In this document: positions 30,274-41,966 of the stretch, one piece after another
Position numbering within the stretch: position 1 is the stretch's first letter
Layout: the number at the start of each line of letters is the position of its first letter
Source: Polaribacter sp.
Lineage (GTDB): Bacteria; Pseudomonadota; Gammaproteobacteria; Enterobacterales; Kangiellaceae
Length of the DNA stretch: 64,000 nucleotides
Direction: 5' to 3'
Assembly: GCA_047633355.1 (NCBI GenBank)
Contig: JBLIBL010000003.1
Coordinates: 13,186 to 77,185 of the forward strand
Program-made: the position numbers and the translations under genes
Notes under the pieces: generated by a model
What the model was told of the DNA's origin: nothing
Database searches by the model: none
The model's input: the letters and a program-made list of their open reading frames with translations, nothing else

Positions 30274-32397
30274 TTATTTTAGAGAATCTTTTACTATCTT
30301 AGGCGTAACAAACATTAATAGCTCTTGCTTAGATGATGACTCTTTAGTTGATCTAAATAGTGCGCCAATGCCTGGTAAATCGCCAAGTAGAGGCACTTTA
30401 GTCACATCTCTATTTACACGTTGCTGGTAAACACCACCTAAAACGATGGTTTCTCCATTATCAACTAATACACGAGTTCCAACTTCTCGAGTATTAATTG
30501 CTGGACCAAAGAGTGTGTCTTCACCACGTGTATCTTGGTTAATTTGCAAGTCTAAGATTATACGATCATCTGGCGTAATTTGTGGAGTCACTTTTAGGCC
30601 TAACACTGCATCTTTAAAAGTAATCGTTGTATTACCTGCTGAGCTTGCTTGTAAATAGGGGATTTGTTCGCCTGACTGAATATAGGCTTCATTATTATTA
30701 GTAGTAAATACTCTTGGTGAGGCAATAACTTCACCTCTAGATTCACTTTCTAATGCTGAAAGCTCAACATCCAAGATGGTACCTTCAACTAATCTAGCAA
30801 ATGTTAAGCCGATGGTGCCAGCAGCATCAGTTATAGGTAAGTTGACAGCTAAACTTCTGTTTTGCAGGTTTCCACCAAAAAACAAAGAATCACTGGCTGC
30901 TTGATTTCCGCTTATAGCGCCATCTCCACCAAGATCAGAAACACCAAAGCGTACACCTAAATCATCAGAAAACCCATTATCAGCTACTACAATTCTAGAC
31001 TCTATCAATACTTGTCTTACAGGAATGTCTAAACGATTGATCATCGCTCGAATTTGAATTAATTTTTTTGCCGTATCTTGAACAATCAAAATATTCGTTT
31101 TTTCATGAACCGCAACGCTGCCACGTGGACTCAAATATTGTGCGCCCTTAGTCAATATCAACGCTGACAATTCTTCTGCTTTTGCATAATTTATCTGAAT
31201 AAACTCAGATTGTAACGGGGCTAACTTTTCAATTTGGTCTTCAGTTTCAAGTTCCAATTTTTCACGAGCCGCTATTTCTTCAGCCGGAGCAATTAGCATG
31301 ACATTGCCAGTTTGCCTTTTGGCGAGACCTTTTGTTTTAAGTATTAAATCTAAAGCCTGATCCCAAGGAACTTGATTCAATCTTAAAGCTATCGAACCAG
31401 AAACGGTATCACTAGTGATCATATTAATATTAGTGAACTCGGACAATATAGTCAGAGCAGATCTAACTGGTATTATTTGAAAATTAAGTGATAGACGTTC
31501 TCCTGTATATATAGGCTCTCGAAGCTTTTTCTGTTCAATCTCTTCAGTGGTTAAAGGTTTTAATTCTATAATAAAAGCATTATCTGCTTGGTAAGCTAAA
31601 TATTCGTATTCATCTCCAATCGTATCAATTGCAATTCTTACGTTACTTCCAATAACACTTGTAGAAATAAATTTCGCAGGTGTAGCAAAATCAATAACGT
31701 CTAGTTTTCTTATCAACTCTTCTGCAATTGTTGCATCAACAAATTCTGCTAAAACGGTTCTACCTTCCTTTCGGAGGTCAATTCCAATATTCGAATTTTC
31801 AAGTTGAACAACGATTCGCCCTTCGCCAGACTCTCCGCGTCTGAAATCAATATTTGAAATATCTTTGCCGCTCGACATTGCTTGGGGCTCGCCCTGTTGG
31901 TCATTTGTTTGATACACGGAGTTTTCCGTTGAGCCACCGCTTGCGCTGACTGCTTGTGTACCATGGCCGATGGTTAAGATTAAATCATTACCATCTACTC
32001 GTGATGCGTAAGACGTCATTTCAACTAAATTGACAACTAGCCTGGTTCGGTTACCTGCTTCTACTGCGGTGATACTTCGTGTCACACCTACACCAACACT
32101 TTGAGTTTTCTTTTTAAGAGAAGAGGTTACCCCAGCAAAATCCATAGCTATTCTGGCAGGATTAAGGGTTGTGAATTCTTTAAAATTTGGCGGCGGCGTA
32201 TCCATTGAAACTCGAATTTCTACCTTATCTCCTGGAAGTACCGCAAAGTCTATATTCGTAATTTCAGTGGCATTAATTAGATTCACAATGCTACTTGTTA
32301 GAACCACTAAAGCAATTAATGCTCCTTTGATCCATTTTTGACTTACCATGTTTTTTACTCCCAACTCAGACCTTTCAACTTGTCTACCGATTTTCAT
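30274..32397 (-). CDS. pilQ: Type IV pilus secretin PilQ
   Basis: 707 aa with AMIN-type N-terminal repeats and a C-terminal secretin domain (VPLLGDLPGIGALF). The true start may be the internal MVSQKW.... Confidence 0.9.
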   Translation of the reverse strand: MKIGRQVERSELGVKNMVSQKWIKGALIALVVLTSSIVNLINATEITNIDFAVLPGDKVEIRVSMDTPPPNFKEFTTLNPARIAMDFAGVTSSLKKKTQSVGVGVTRSITAVEAGNRTRLVVNLVEMTSYASRVDGNDLILTIGHGTQAVSASGGSTENSVYQTNDQQGEPQAMSSGKDISNIDFRRGESGEGRIVVQLENSNIGIDLRKEGRTVLAEFVDATIAEELIRKLDVIDFATPAKFISTSVIGSNVRIAIDTIGDEYEYLAYQADNAFIIELKPLTTEEIEQKKLREPIYTGERLSLNFQIIPVRSALTILSEFTNINMITSDTVSGSIALRLNQVPWDQALDLILKTKGLAKRQTGNVMLIAPAEEIAAREKLELETEDQIEKLAPLQSEFIQINYAKAEELSALILTKGAQYLSPRGSVAVHEKTNILIVQDTAKKLIQIRAMINRLDIPVRQVLIESRIVVADNGFSDDLGVRFGVSDLGGDGAISGNQAASDSLFFGGNLQNRSLAVNLPITDAAGTIGLTFARLVEGTILDVELSALESESRGEVIASPRVFTTNNNEAYIQSGEQIPYLQASSAGNTTITFKDAVLGLKVTPQITPDDRIILDLQINQDTRGEDTLFGPAINTREVGTRVLVDNGETIVLGGVYQQRVNRDVTKVPLLGDLPGIGALFRSTKESSSKQELLMFVTPKIVKDSLK

Positions 32398-32433
32398 ATA
32401 AACTCCAGCTTACCCTGACTCGATGCTTGCCCG

Positions 32434-33009
32434 CTATCCTTCAGCCAGCGTTAAAAATACTTTTCGTCTTTCCCAGCAACCTTTGCTATCTGGAACTAAG
32501 GTTGTGATTTCTATTTGTCGATCTGAAATACCTAAAATTTGTCCATGGTGTATTCCGAGGTACTCACCTTGTTTAACTCTTACAACATTGCCACTAATAG
32601 ATCCGGCGGTCATTCGAATTAATCCCCATTCTTTACCAGGTCTTTTTAGAATGCCGACCATCTCCATAGAGTCTAAAGTGTAACGTTCTAGATCTTCTCG
32701 TCGTCTTTCTGGATCGGGACGAATTTCTTCATCGCAACCATCATGCAATAGTTTTAATTGAGCTTCTAATTCTGGTTCCATGTCAGCGAAAGGGCTACGC
32801 AATGTCTGTGAAGTATAGTCGTGAGGTTGGTACACTTTGACATCTGGCATCGGTTCAATGCGTCCCGGTGGTTTAGCCTTAATTGTATCTACCCAAGATT
32901 GCAGATCATCTGTATTACCACCACAAGAAGCTAATAATACCAATGTACCAAGGACTAACGATATTCTGGAAAAATTTTTCATTCGGGCTTGTCTTTTAAA
33001 TATAAACAT
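32434..33009 (-). CDS. pilP: Type IV pilus assembly lipoprotein PilP
   Basis: 191 aa with lipobox LLASC. Sits in the pilMNOPQ operon. Confidence 0.8.
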   Translation of the reverse strand: MFIFKRQARMKNFSRISLVLGTLVLLASCGGNTDDLQSWVDTIKAKPPGRIEPMPDVKVYQPHDYTSQTLRSPFADMEPELEAQLKLLHDGCDEEIRPDPERRREDLERYTLDSMEMVGILKRPGKEWGLIRMTAGSISGNVVRVKQGEYLGIHHGQILGISDRQIEITTLVPDSKGCWERRKVFLTLAEG

Positions 33010-33629
33010 TAGTTTTCTCCCGAGTCTGCACGATAAGTTTTTGCAGTTATTTGCATTATCAAGGCACTTTCACCTGGAGAGCTGGTAACCTCACCATCAC
33101 CAATTTTTATATTAAAGTCGTGTAAGGTAACAATTCTTGGCAATCTAGAAACGCGAGAGATAAAGTCTGCAATTTGATGATATCCACCTGAAACTTGTAT
33201 TTGAATTGGTTTTTCTGAGTAAAATTCAGCATCTTTTTCAGCATCAAAACCCAAGGAAACTATTTCACAGCCTGCACCGGTAGCGGCATAAGAAACTTCA
33301 TCGAGTAACTCAGCCATTTGATCAGCTTTAGGGAGTTGTTGTAACAGTGTTTCGAAGCTTTCTTGAATGGTTTTCATTTGGCGTTTGTAAGCATCTAGAT
33401 TAACAGCTTTGGATTGTTTTTTTTCAAACTCCTTTTTTAACTCGATTTCTTTACGCTCTATGGTCACTAAGTCATTTCGCTGGCCGCCAATGAATAAGTA
33501 AACACCTAATCCAACCACAATGCCAAACACAATTGAAAGCATAATTGCTTTTCCTGTGATAGGCCATGATCCCATATTATTAAAATCAATTTCATTGATA
33601 TCAAAATTCTTTAAATCATCAGCATTCAT
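33009..33629 (-). CDS. pilO: Type IV pilus assembly protein PilO
   Basis: 206 aa with a single TM and a coiled coil. Its ends share a 1-nt overlap with each neighbouring gene. Confidence 0.8.
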   Translation of the reverse strand: MNADDLKNFDINEIDFNNMGSWPITGKAIMLSIVFGIVVGLGVYLFIGGQRNDLVTIERKEIELKKEFEKKQSKAVNLDAYKRQMKTIQESFETLLQQLPKADQMAELLDEVSYAATGAGCEIVSLGFDAEKDAEFYSEKPIQIQVSGGYHQIADFISRVSRLPRIVTLHDFNIKIGDGEVTSSPGESALIMQITAKTYRADSGEN

Positions 33630-34194
33630 TACTTATTTCCTTCGCTGATTGCGTTAGGTGACGTAATTTTTGCACTTAATGTAAAGTTTTTACGACCTGC
33701 GCCAGAGTCTCTGTCTTCTGCTATATCATCAATATCAGGTTTTCGAATCCACTGAGATGTTGCTAATGCTCGCATAAAGTTTGAAATTCGTGGAGCCGAC
33801 TCGGCTATCCCAGTAAAGATAACGTTGTCACCTTTCCTTTCTATTTGTTGTAGGTTCATACCTTCTGGCATTTTTGTTACAATTTCATCAAATAAGCGAA
33901 CAATTTGTGGGCGACTTTTTTGTAGATCTTGAATTAATTTCATTCGGTCTACCAGTTCTTTCCGTTCTTCTTCCAAAGTGGTTATTTCTTTAATTTTGGT
34001 ATCTAGTTGACGTATTTGTGTTTGTAAAAAACTATTTCGAGAACGTTGATTATCAATTTCGTTTCCAAAGAAACTAAAAACGGAATACATAATCAAAACA
34101 CCTAGCACAGCAACAAGACCCAATAAGCTAACGAACTGGCGTTGTCTTTCAGCTCGCTCTTCCTCGCGCCATGGTAAGAGATTGATATTAGCCA

Positions 34195-34195
<1 letters not shown>
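33629..34195 (-). CDS. pilN: Type IV pilus assembly protein PilN
   Basis: 188 aa with the N-terminal INLLPWR motif and one TM. Confidence 0.85.
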
Positions 34196-35292
<1,097 letters not shown>

Positions 35293-35353
35293 TTACAGCT
35301 GATAACTCTGGTTTCACTTTAAATAATAGCTCTAACTATAAGAAATATCACCC

Positions 35354-35365
35354 TTTTTTTTTTTT
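35354..35365. repeat. T12 homopolymer in the pilM/mrcA divergent promoter region
   Basis: CCC-TTTTTTTTTTTT-AAAA read directly, ~90 nt upstream of the pilM start. Confidence 0.8.
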
Positions 35366-35637
35366 AAAATCGATTTTTTGCTGATCTTTTGTACACTTAT
35401 TTACTCATTCTATGACCTATCTCGCAATTTCCATGATAACCAATTTAGATCAATTAGTTAGATATGTGACTAAATTTTAGACCAAATTCTTCAATGTGCA
35501 GTTATATTCACATTTAATTTCTTAGAGAAACAGCGCACAAATTAGAGACTTAAAATAAATTATAAGTTAAAGCCATGAACAAATACCGCTATACTCTGTC
35601 CGAATAACTACTATGGCAACTAATTTGAATTCTAGGT

Positions 35638-38388
35638 ATGAAACGAATCACAAAGCTGGCACCTAAATTTGCTTATATCGTGACACTGTTCACAATCCTG
35701 TTTGGTATGGGCTTCACTGGGCTGTATTTAGCCGTTGGACCTGATTTGCCGGAGGTTGAAAGTATTCGGCAGATCAAACTACAAACACCAATGAGCATCT
35801 ACTCCAAAGATGGTCAACTTATTAATGAGTTCGGCGATATAAGACGTATTCCAATTACAATGGACGAAGTTCCACAAGACTTCATTAACGCATTACTGTC
35901 AACGGAAGATGTAAGGTTTTATCATCATTCTGGCGTTGATTTAAAAGGTGTTTTAAGAGCAATATTTAAACTGGCGGCCACAGGTACAAAAAGCCAAGGT
36001 GCTAGTACGATAACCATGTTAGTTGCTAGAAATTATTTTTTGAGCCGTGAGAAACGTTTCTCTCGAAAATTTACTGAAATGTTTGTTGCTTGGAAACTTG
36101 AATCAGAATTAACAAAAGATGAAATTTTAGAGATATTTCTAAATAAGATTCCTTTTGGTCATCGCTCTGCAGGTTTAGGTGCAGCCGCAGAAGTTTATTA
36201 TGGTAAGCAATTAAAAGAGCTTAGTTTGGCGCAATTAGCGACTTTGGCAGGTATACCCAAAGGGCAGTCTGTTTTTAACCCAATAAGCTATCCAGAAAAA
36301 GCGCGAACAAGGCGTACACACGTTTTAGGCCGAATGCTTAGTCAAGGACACATAAACAACGAGCAATATACTAAAGCGAACAATTCCCCAATCAAAACCA
36401 ATCGTCATGGTGCGAGAACAACTGTAAGCGCCCCTTACGTTGCAGAAATGGTCCATTTAGAAATAATTAAACAATATGGGCTTGAGTCTGCTCATAGTGA
36501 TGGTTTGAAAATTTATACAAGCTTAGATCCTAAATTACAAAACTACGCTCAAAAAGCGTTAAAGAATAGTTTAATGGAATATGACCGACGACATGGTTAC
36601 CGACCGATTGAGCAACATTATGAGATTACCTCAGATATAACGCCTCTTGAAATTCAAACTTGGATTGCGGATTTCGCTCGATTAGGAAACTTAATTCCTG
36701 CGATTGCCATTGAAATTGAAGATGAGTTTGCAAAGGTTATGTTAGCCGATGGCACTATCGGACATGTGAATTATATCGATTCAAAATGGGCCAGAAAATA
36801 TGTTGATGAGAACCATCGAGAATATGGAAAAATTAAAAGCATGCAAGATATCGTCAAGCTTGGTGATGTAATAAGAGTGCTTGAAACGGAGAAAGTATTA
36901 GAAAAATTAGGAATTGACTTATCAGTTATTGAGTTAACTGATAAAGCTGCCGTTGAAATCTACTCGCTAGATGATGCTGTTTTATTGACGGAGGTTGCTC
37001 CTTCAATAGATAAACCTGAGTATTCAACAGATGAGGCAAGCTCTTCAACACAAGAAACAGAGCCGCTACCCACAAAAATATATCAGCTTTCACAAATTCC
37101 CGATGTGAGTGGCGGGTTCGTTGTTTTAAATCCTAAAAATGGTGCAATAGAAGCCCTAGCGGGTGGTTTTGATTTCAGTAAAGATCAGTTCAATATGGTG
37201 ACTCAAGCAAGGCGTCAAGTGGGGTCCAATATAAAACCCTTTCTTTATTCTGCCGCTTTGGCTAAAAACTTTTCTGCAGCATCTTTAATTAATGACTCAC
37301 CCATTATTGAATCTGATATTTCTGCTGGTAATTTTTGGCGACCAGAAAATGATAATGGTAAATATAAAGGTCCAACTACTTTAAGAAGCGCACTGCGTCG
37401 CTCTGTCAATACGGTGGCGATTAGGTTGATTAATAAAATTGGTCCTCATTATGCAAAAAAATATATTGAGTCGATTGGTTTCCCTGGAGCTAATATGAAA
37501 GCCTATCCTTCATTAGCACTCGGTTCAGCTTCATTCACACCATTAGAAGTTGTGACGGGTTATGCGGCATTAGCGAATGGCGGATTTAAAGTGACACCTT
37601 GGTTTATTCAGCGCATAGAAGACAGTCAAGGAGAGGTGCTGTTTCAAGCGGAGCCTATAACTGTCTGTGAGTATTGCTTAAAATTGCTCGAAGAAAATGC
37701 TCAAAAAGATAGTTTATTAGCAGAAATACAATCTGAAATATCGGATGAATTGCAAACAAATTTAGAAGTTGCACAATTGCATACTGAGCCAACTGAGGGC
37801 ACATTAATTGAAGACTCTTTATCTGAGAATTCAGAGTTATTAGTCGCAGAACATAGATTTGCAGAAAGAGTGATTGATGAAAGAAATTTATATATTTTAA
37901 ATAGCATGTTAAAAGACGTTATTCACAAAGGTACTGGTTGGACTGCGCTTAATCGAATAAAAAGCCCATTACTTAAGCGTTATGATTTGGCCGGAAAAAC
38001 AGGAACGACTAACGAAAATAAAGATGCTTGGTTTACAGGATATAATTCTCGTTATGTTGCATCCGCTTGGGTGGGGTTTGTTGATCACTCCAAAAAATTG
38101 GGTAAAAGTGAGTTTGGCGGGCGAGCGGCATTACCAGTGTGGGCTAAATTTATGGAAAAAGCGTTGGACGGAATGGCTGAAAATCACCCTCCAAGACCTG
38201 ATGGGTTGATAGATGTTAGAATTGACCTTGAAAATGGAAAACTTGCCAGCGCATCCACTAAATCTTCAGGTTTCGAAATATTTCGAGTAGAGAATATGCC
38301 AACTGAATATTCAGAGAAGCATGATGAAGATCCTTTTGATTACTTTGGCCCTTCTGCAGAAGAGGATGAAGAGGAAATTGAATTTTAA
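35638..38388 (+). CDS. mrcA: Penicillin-binding protein 1A (bifunctional glycosyltransferase/transpeptidase)
   Basis: 916 aa with GT51 motifs (EDVRFYHHSGVD, GASTITMLVARN), transpeptidase motifs (SNIKP, KTGTTN) and an acidic C-terminal tail. Divergent from pilM, as is usual. Confidence 0.9.
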   Translation: MKRITKLAPKFAYIVTLFTILFGMGFTGLYLAVGPDLPEVESIRQIKLQTPMSIYSKDGQLINEFGDIRRIPITMDEVPQDFINALLSTEDVRFYHHSGVDLKGVLRAIFKLAATGTKSQGASTITMLVARNYFLSREKRFSRKFTEMFVAWKLESELTKDEILEIFLNKIPFGHRSAGLGAAAEVYYGKQLKELSLAQLATLAGIPKGQSVFNPISYPEKARTRRTHVLGRMLSQGHINNEQYTKANNSPIKTNRHGARTTVSAPYVAEMVHLEIIKQYGLESAHSDGLKIYTSLDPKLQNYAQKALKNSLMEYDRRHGYRPIEQHYEITSDITPLEIQTWIADFARLGNLIPAIAIEIEDEFAKVMLADGTIGHVNYIDSKWARKYVDENHREYGKIKSMQDIVKLGDVIRVLETEKVLEKLGIDLSVIELTDKAAVEIYSLDDAVLLTEVAPSIDKPEYSTDEASSSTQETEPLPTKIYQLSQIPDVSGGFVVLNPKNGAIEALAGGFDFSKDQFNMVTQARRQVGSNIKPFLYSAALAKNFSAASLINDSPIIESDISAGNFWRPENDNGKYKGPTTLRSALRRSVNTVAIRLINKIGPHYAKKYIESIGFPGANMKAYPSLALGSASFTPLEVVTGYAALANGGFKVTPWFIQRIEDSQGEVLFQAEPITVCEYCLKLLEENAQKDSLLAEIQSEISDELQTNLEVAQLHTEPTEGTLIEDSLSENSELLVAEHRFAERVIDERNLYILNSMLKDVIHKGTGWTALNRIKSPLLKRYDLAGKTGTTNENKDAWFTGYNSRYVASAWVGFVDHSKKLGKSEFGGRAALPVWAKFMEKALDGMAENHPPRPDGLIDVRIDLENGKLASASTKSSGFEIFRVENMPTEYSEKHDEDPFDYFGPSAEEDEEEIEF

Positions 38389-38455
38389 TAGTTGATAGCC
38401 AAATGGAGCTAATAACAAACAGGCTCTAAATATAAATGATATTGGTTTTAGATCA

Positions 38456-39361
38456 TTAAAGTTTTTGTCCCCATCCCAGTTTAGTTCTCAGCACTTCAAA
38501 ATAATCATAATCTAACGGGTGTACTAAGCGCATTTGGATCGGGTATTGTTTAATTCTTATTCTATCGCCTGGTGCTAAATCAATAATCACTTGTCCATCA
38601 CAGCTCAACTTCGGGCTATGTGGGTTAGTTTCAGAAATCACCAGATCAATTACTTTATGTTTATTGACGGCAATGGGTCTGCTGGTTAGTGTGTGCGGGC
38701 ACATAGGCACTAAAACTATGGTGTCCGTTTGCGGATCAAGAATAGGACCGCCTCCAGACAAGGAATATGCAGTGGATCCAGTTGGAGTCGAAACAATCAA
38801 ACCATCGGAGCGTTGGCTATAAACAAATTGTCTGTCCATATATAATTCGAACTGAATCATTCTTGCTATTTCGCCAGGATATAAAACAAAATCATTGACT
38901 GCCGTTGAGTTTCCAATGGCTTTATCATTTCTGAATACTTCTGCGTGTAATAAGAATCGATTTTCTAGGCTATATTGACCATTTAATATAGGCGGTACTC
39001 GTGTCTCTATTTCCGTTGGTCGGATATCCGTTAAAAAACCTAAATGCCCTCGATTAATGCCTAACAAAGGAACTTGAGAGTCAACCAGCTCGCGTGCTGT
39101 TTTAAGCATACTACCATCACCACCAACAACAATAACTAGATCGCACTGCTCACCCATTTTTTCAAAAGGTAAATATTTAAGCCTTTTATTAACATCTGTT
39201 GCGCTAGCAACTGGAAATGAAAAGTCATCCGACTGAGGTAAGAATATCTCTAGTTCAAGTTGATTGATGACTTTAATCAAACCATCCACAGACTCTTGTG
39301 CTGCCTTGCTGCTTGGTTTACCGACTAGACCAATTTTATTAAATGATGTTGAATGGGGCAT
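38456..39361 (-). CDS. nadK: NAD kinase
   Basis: 301 aa with the GGDGSML and TPTGSTAYSLSGGGPI motifs. Confidence 0.92.
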   Translation of the reverse strand: MPHSTSFNKIGLVGKPSSKAAQESVDGLIKVINQLELEIFLPQSDDFSFPVASATDVNKRLKYLPFEKMGEQCDLVIVVGGDGSMLKTARELVDSQVPLLGINRGHLGFLTDIRPTEIETRVPPILNGQYSLENRFLLHAEVFRNDKAIGNSTAVNDFVLYPGEIARMIQFELYMDRQFVYSQRSDGLIVSTPTGSTAYSLSGGGPILDPQTDTIVLVPMCPHTLTSRPIAVNKHKVIDLVISETNPHSPKLSCDGQVIIDLAPGDRIRIKQYPIQMRLVHPLDYDYFEVLRTKLGWGQKL

Positions 39362-39372
39362 TAGTTTGACCG

Positions 39373-39400
39373 TTGAAATAGGAGCAGTTAGTCCCTATAT
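39373..39400 (+). promoter_or_regulatory. Sigma32-type promoter upstream of hrcA
   Basis: TTGAAA (39373-39378), a 14-nt spacer, then CCCTATAT (39393-39400). Consensus is CTTGAAA-N13-15-CCCCATNT. Confidence 0.6.
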
Positions 39401-39474
39401 AGTAATTTATGCTTAAGTGTAATTATTTTCGTTGATAATCATTTAATTAGCAAATTATCTTTTAAGAGAAGTCA

Positions 39475-40518
39475 ATGAAAGAACGCGATTTAATTTTGAT
39501 GAAGTCCCTAATTGAGTCCTATGTAAAACAGGGGACTCCAATCGGTTCAAAGGCTTTATTGCAGTCCTCACACCTTACTGTTAGTCCAGCGACTGTAAGA
39601 AATGTAATGGCTGATCTAGAAAGGCAAGGGCTACTTCTGTCTCCGCATACTTCTGCGGGCCGAATTCCAACCACTCAAGGTCTGCGTATTTTTGTTGATA
39701 AAATTATACAAGTTCGTTCGCCTAAATCAGCGTTAATTGATCACGTGAGAAGTAATCTTAATCCAAATCAAGATACTCGAACATTAGTGGGAACCGCGTC
39801 AAATTTACTTTCAGATATGACACGAATGGCGAGCCTAGTGCAGATCCCAGCGGCTCCAGTTAAAAAACTTCAGCATATTGATTTTGTACCATTATCGGAT
39901 AACCGCTTACTAGTGGTCATGGTATTAGAAAACGATGAGATTGAAAATCGAGTGATCCAAGTAGATAGAGAGTATAAAAGAAGTGAGATTGCTCAAATGG
40001 CAAATTATTTAAATGAGCAGTTGTCTGGACGAGATATTAACTCGGCACGGCAAGAGTTGTTTGGTGAAATGTTAAAAGAAAAGCAACAACTCGACACGAT
40101 TTTACAGAGTGCAATAGAATTTGCAGAAAAAGGTTTTCAAACCTCCCAAGAGTTGACCGCACAAACGGATGAAAGCTTTCACGTATCGGGGCAAACTAAT
40201 TTGGTCTCAATGGCCTCACATGGGCAATTAGATAATATTGAACAAATATTTTCAGCATTTAAGCAAAAACAACAGATAATGACCCTTTTAGATCGCTCAC
40301 TTGCCGCAGATGGAGTTAAGATTTTTATAGGTGAAGAGTCGGGCAGTCAAGGATTGAGTGGTTGCAGCTTAGTTACCGCTCCATATAAACAAAATGGCAA
40401 ATCAGTTGGTGTTCTGGCCGTTGTTGGTCCAACGCGAATGCAATATGCGAAGGTTATACCAATCGTTGATGTTACAGCTAAAATGCTTTCTACAGCACTT
40501 GATAACAAATCGCGATAG
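39475..40518 (+). CDS. hrcA: Heat-inducible transcription repressor HrcA
   Basis: 347 aa with an N-terminal winged helix (PIGSKAL...VSPATVRNVMADLE..GLL..PHTSAGRIPT) and C-terminal GVLAVVGPTRMQY. Confidence 0.9.
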   Translation: MKERDLILMKSLIESYVKQGTPIGSKALLQSSHLTVSPATVRNVMADLERQGLLLSPHTSAGRIPTTQGLRIFVDKIIQVRSPKSALIDHVRSNLNPNQDTRTLVGTASNLLSDMTRMASLVQIPAAPVKKLQHIDFVPLSDNRLLVVMVLENDEIENRVIQVDREYKRSEIAQMANYLNEQLSGRDINSARQELFGEMLKEKQQLDTILQSAIEFAEKGFQTSQELTAQTDESFHVSGQTNLVSMASHGQLDNIEQIFSAFKQKQQIMTLLDRSLAADGVKIFIGEESGSQGLSGCSLVTAPYKQNGKSVGVLAVVGPTRMQYAKVIPIVDVTAKMLSTALDNKSR

Positions 40519-40645
40519 TTTACCTGAGGTTTCGCTTAGTTTAAGTTTTAAGCTACTAAATTTACTCAGAATAAATCAAAATTCGACTAGTTTATCGGTA
40601 TTAATCTCAATTCGAGGTGTGCTGCTGATATTGATATTTCATCCT

Positions 40646-41941
40646 CTATTTATTATATAATCTTGAGATGTTCCTACCTTTATATTTAGCTTCATAAAGG
40701 GCGACATCAGCTTGTTTCAGCAAGTCGACTTCGTTCATATTATCTCCGGCGATAGTGGTAACTCCAATGCTAACGGTCACAACTTTTTGATCGTTATTTT
40801 GAGAAAGTGCAGATATAGGAATACGCATTGCCATAACATACATTCTAATTCGCTCTGCGATTACCATCGCTCCATTTTGGTCGGTTGATGGGAGGATAAC
40901 TACAAACTCTTCACCTCCAAATCGAGAAACAGAATCAGTGGCTCTTGGTAACTTGTTGGCAATCGTTTGGGCAACTCTTGTTAGCACAATATCACCGAGA
41001 TCGTGACCGAAATTATCGTTATAACTTTTAAAATAGTCAATATCGACCATCAATAAAGACAAGGGCGTTTTACAACGTTTGGAGGTAATAATAACATTAG
41101 CTATTCTTAGGTCATAAAACCGTCTATTTGGTATTTTGGTTAACTAGTCTGTTTCACTTAGCATGATTAGCTGTTTAGTTCTTTTCTCAACGATTGATTG
41201 AAGCAAGTCCCGTGAAACGGTAGTTTCTTTTAAGTGAGCTAACATGCTATTAAAATGTTTGGCTACTACACCAAACTCTCCAGCTGGTATTTCTTTTATT
41301 GGTTGATTAAACTCTCCATTCCTCGCAAGTATGGTTCCGTCTGTTAAAACTTTTAATCCATAGTGAAGCTCTCTAAATATATTTTTAGAAAGCGACATCA
41401 TAGAAAATATAGCCACCAGCACAACTAGCGCAAAAAAGGCACCACGGTATAAAAAAACTCGCTTGGTTTCTTCCTTTGCTATTAATGTTAGTCGAATCGA
41501 ATCTTCTAGAATCGATTCCATTTGAATAAATATTTTATATACTATATGCATGTTAATCGAGGTTTTTATATCTGTACTCGACTTATTAAAATTGAGTCTT
41601 TGAAGGTGGTCAAAAAGTGAAATGACTCCGGCTTGACGCTTTTCAATTACATTCATATAACGCATCGTTGACCACGACATTAAGGGTTTGTTTTTTAAAT
41701 GAATGGCCAACTTTTGGTGTTCGATATCCCAGTTTAGACTCGTTTGGCTATCTTGTTGCAATATAAACTCACTTAAATAGCTAGACAGACCAGATACATA
41801 TATTAGTGTCTTAGCAACGTATCGGTCTTGCGTGAGAGCTTTATCGATACTTATAAACGTACACGTAAAAAAAATGCTTGCGATTATTAGCGTCGACCAC
41901 AAGCCTCTAGAAATTGAATTAAGTTTTGACTTGATATTCAT
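40646..41941 (-). pseudogene. Membrane HAMP-GGDEF diguanylate cyclase interrupted by one in-frame TAG
   Basis: ORF 41941..41144 (2 TM + HAMP) ends ...MLSETD-TAG. The same frame continues LTKIPNRRFYDLRIANVIITSKRCKTPLSLLMVDIDYFK...RFGGEEF (ORF 41062..40646). TAG lies at 41144-41146. Confidence 0.8.
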
Positions 41942-41966
41942 TTTATTAATAACGTAAGACTTACAT

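Noticed and set aside
30116-30430. 104-aa plus-strand ORF with a striking (L/S)DK 5-residue periodicity
   Set aside because: The periodicity is simply the 15-bp DNA repeat array translated. The ORF crosses the pilQ terminator hairpin and runs antisense into the pilQ 3' end. No Shine-Dalgarno sequence is present. It is treated as non-coding repeat DNA.
39362-39474. CIRCE (TTAGCACTC-N9-GAGTGCTAA) operator upstream of hrcA, grpE or dnaK
   Set aside because: Only weak partial resemblances exist (e.g. TTAGCAAAT at ~39447). No inverted partner was found by eye in any of the three leaders.
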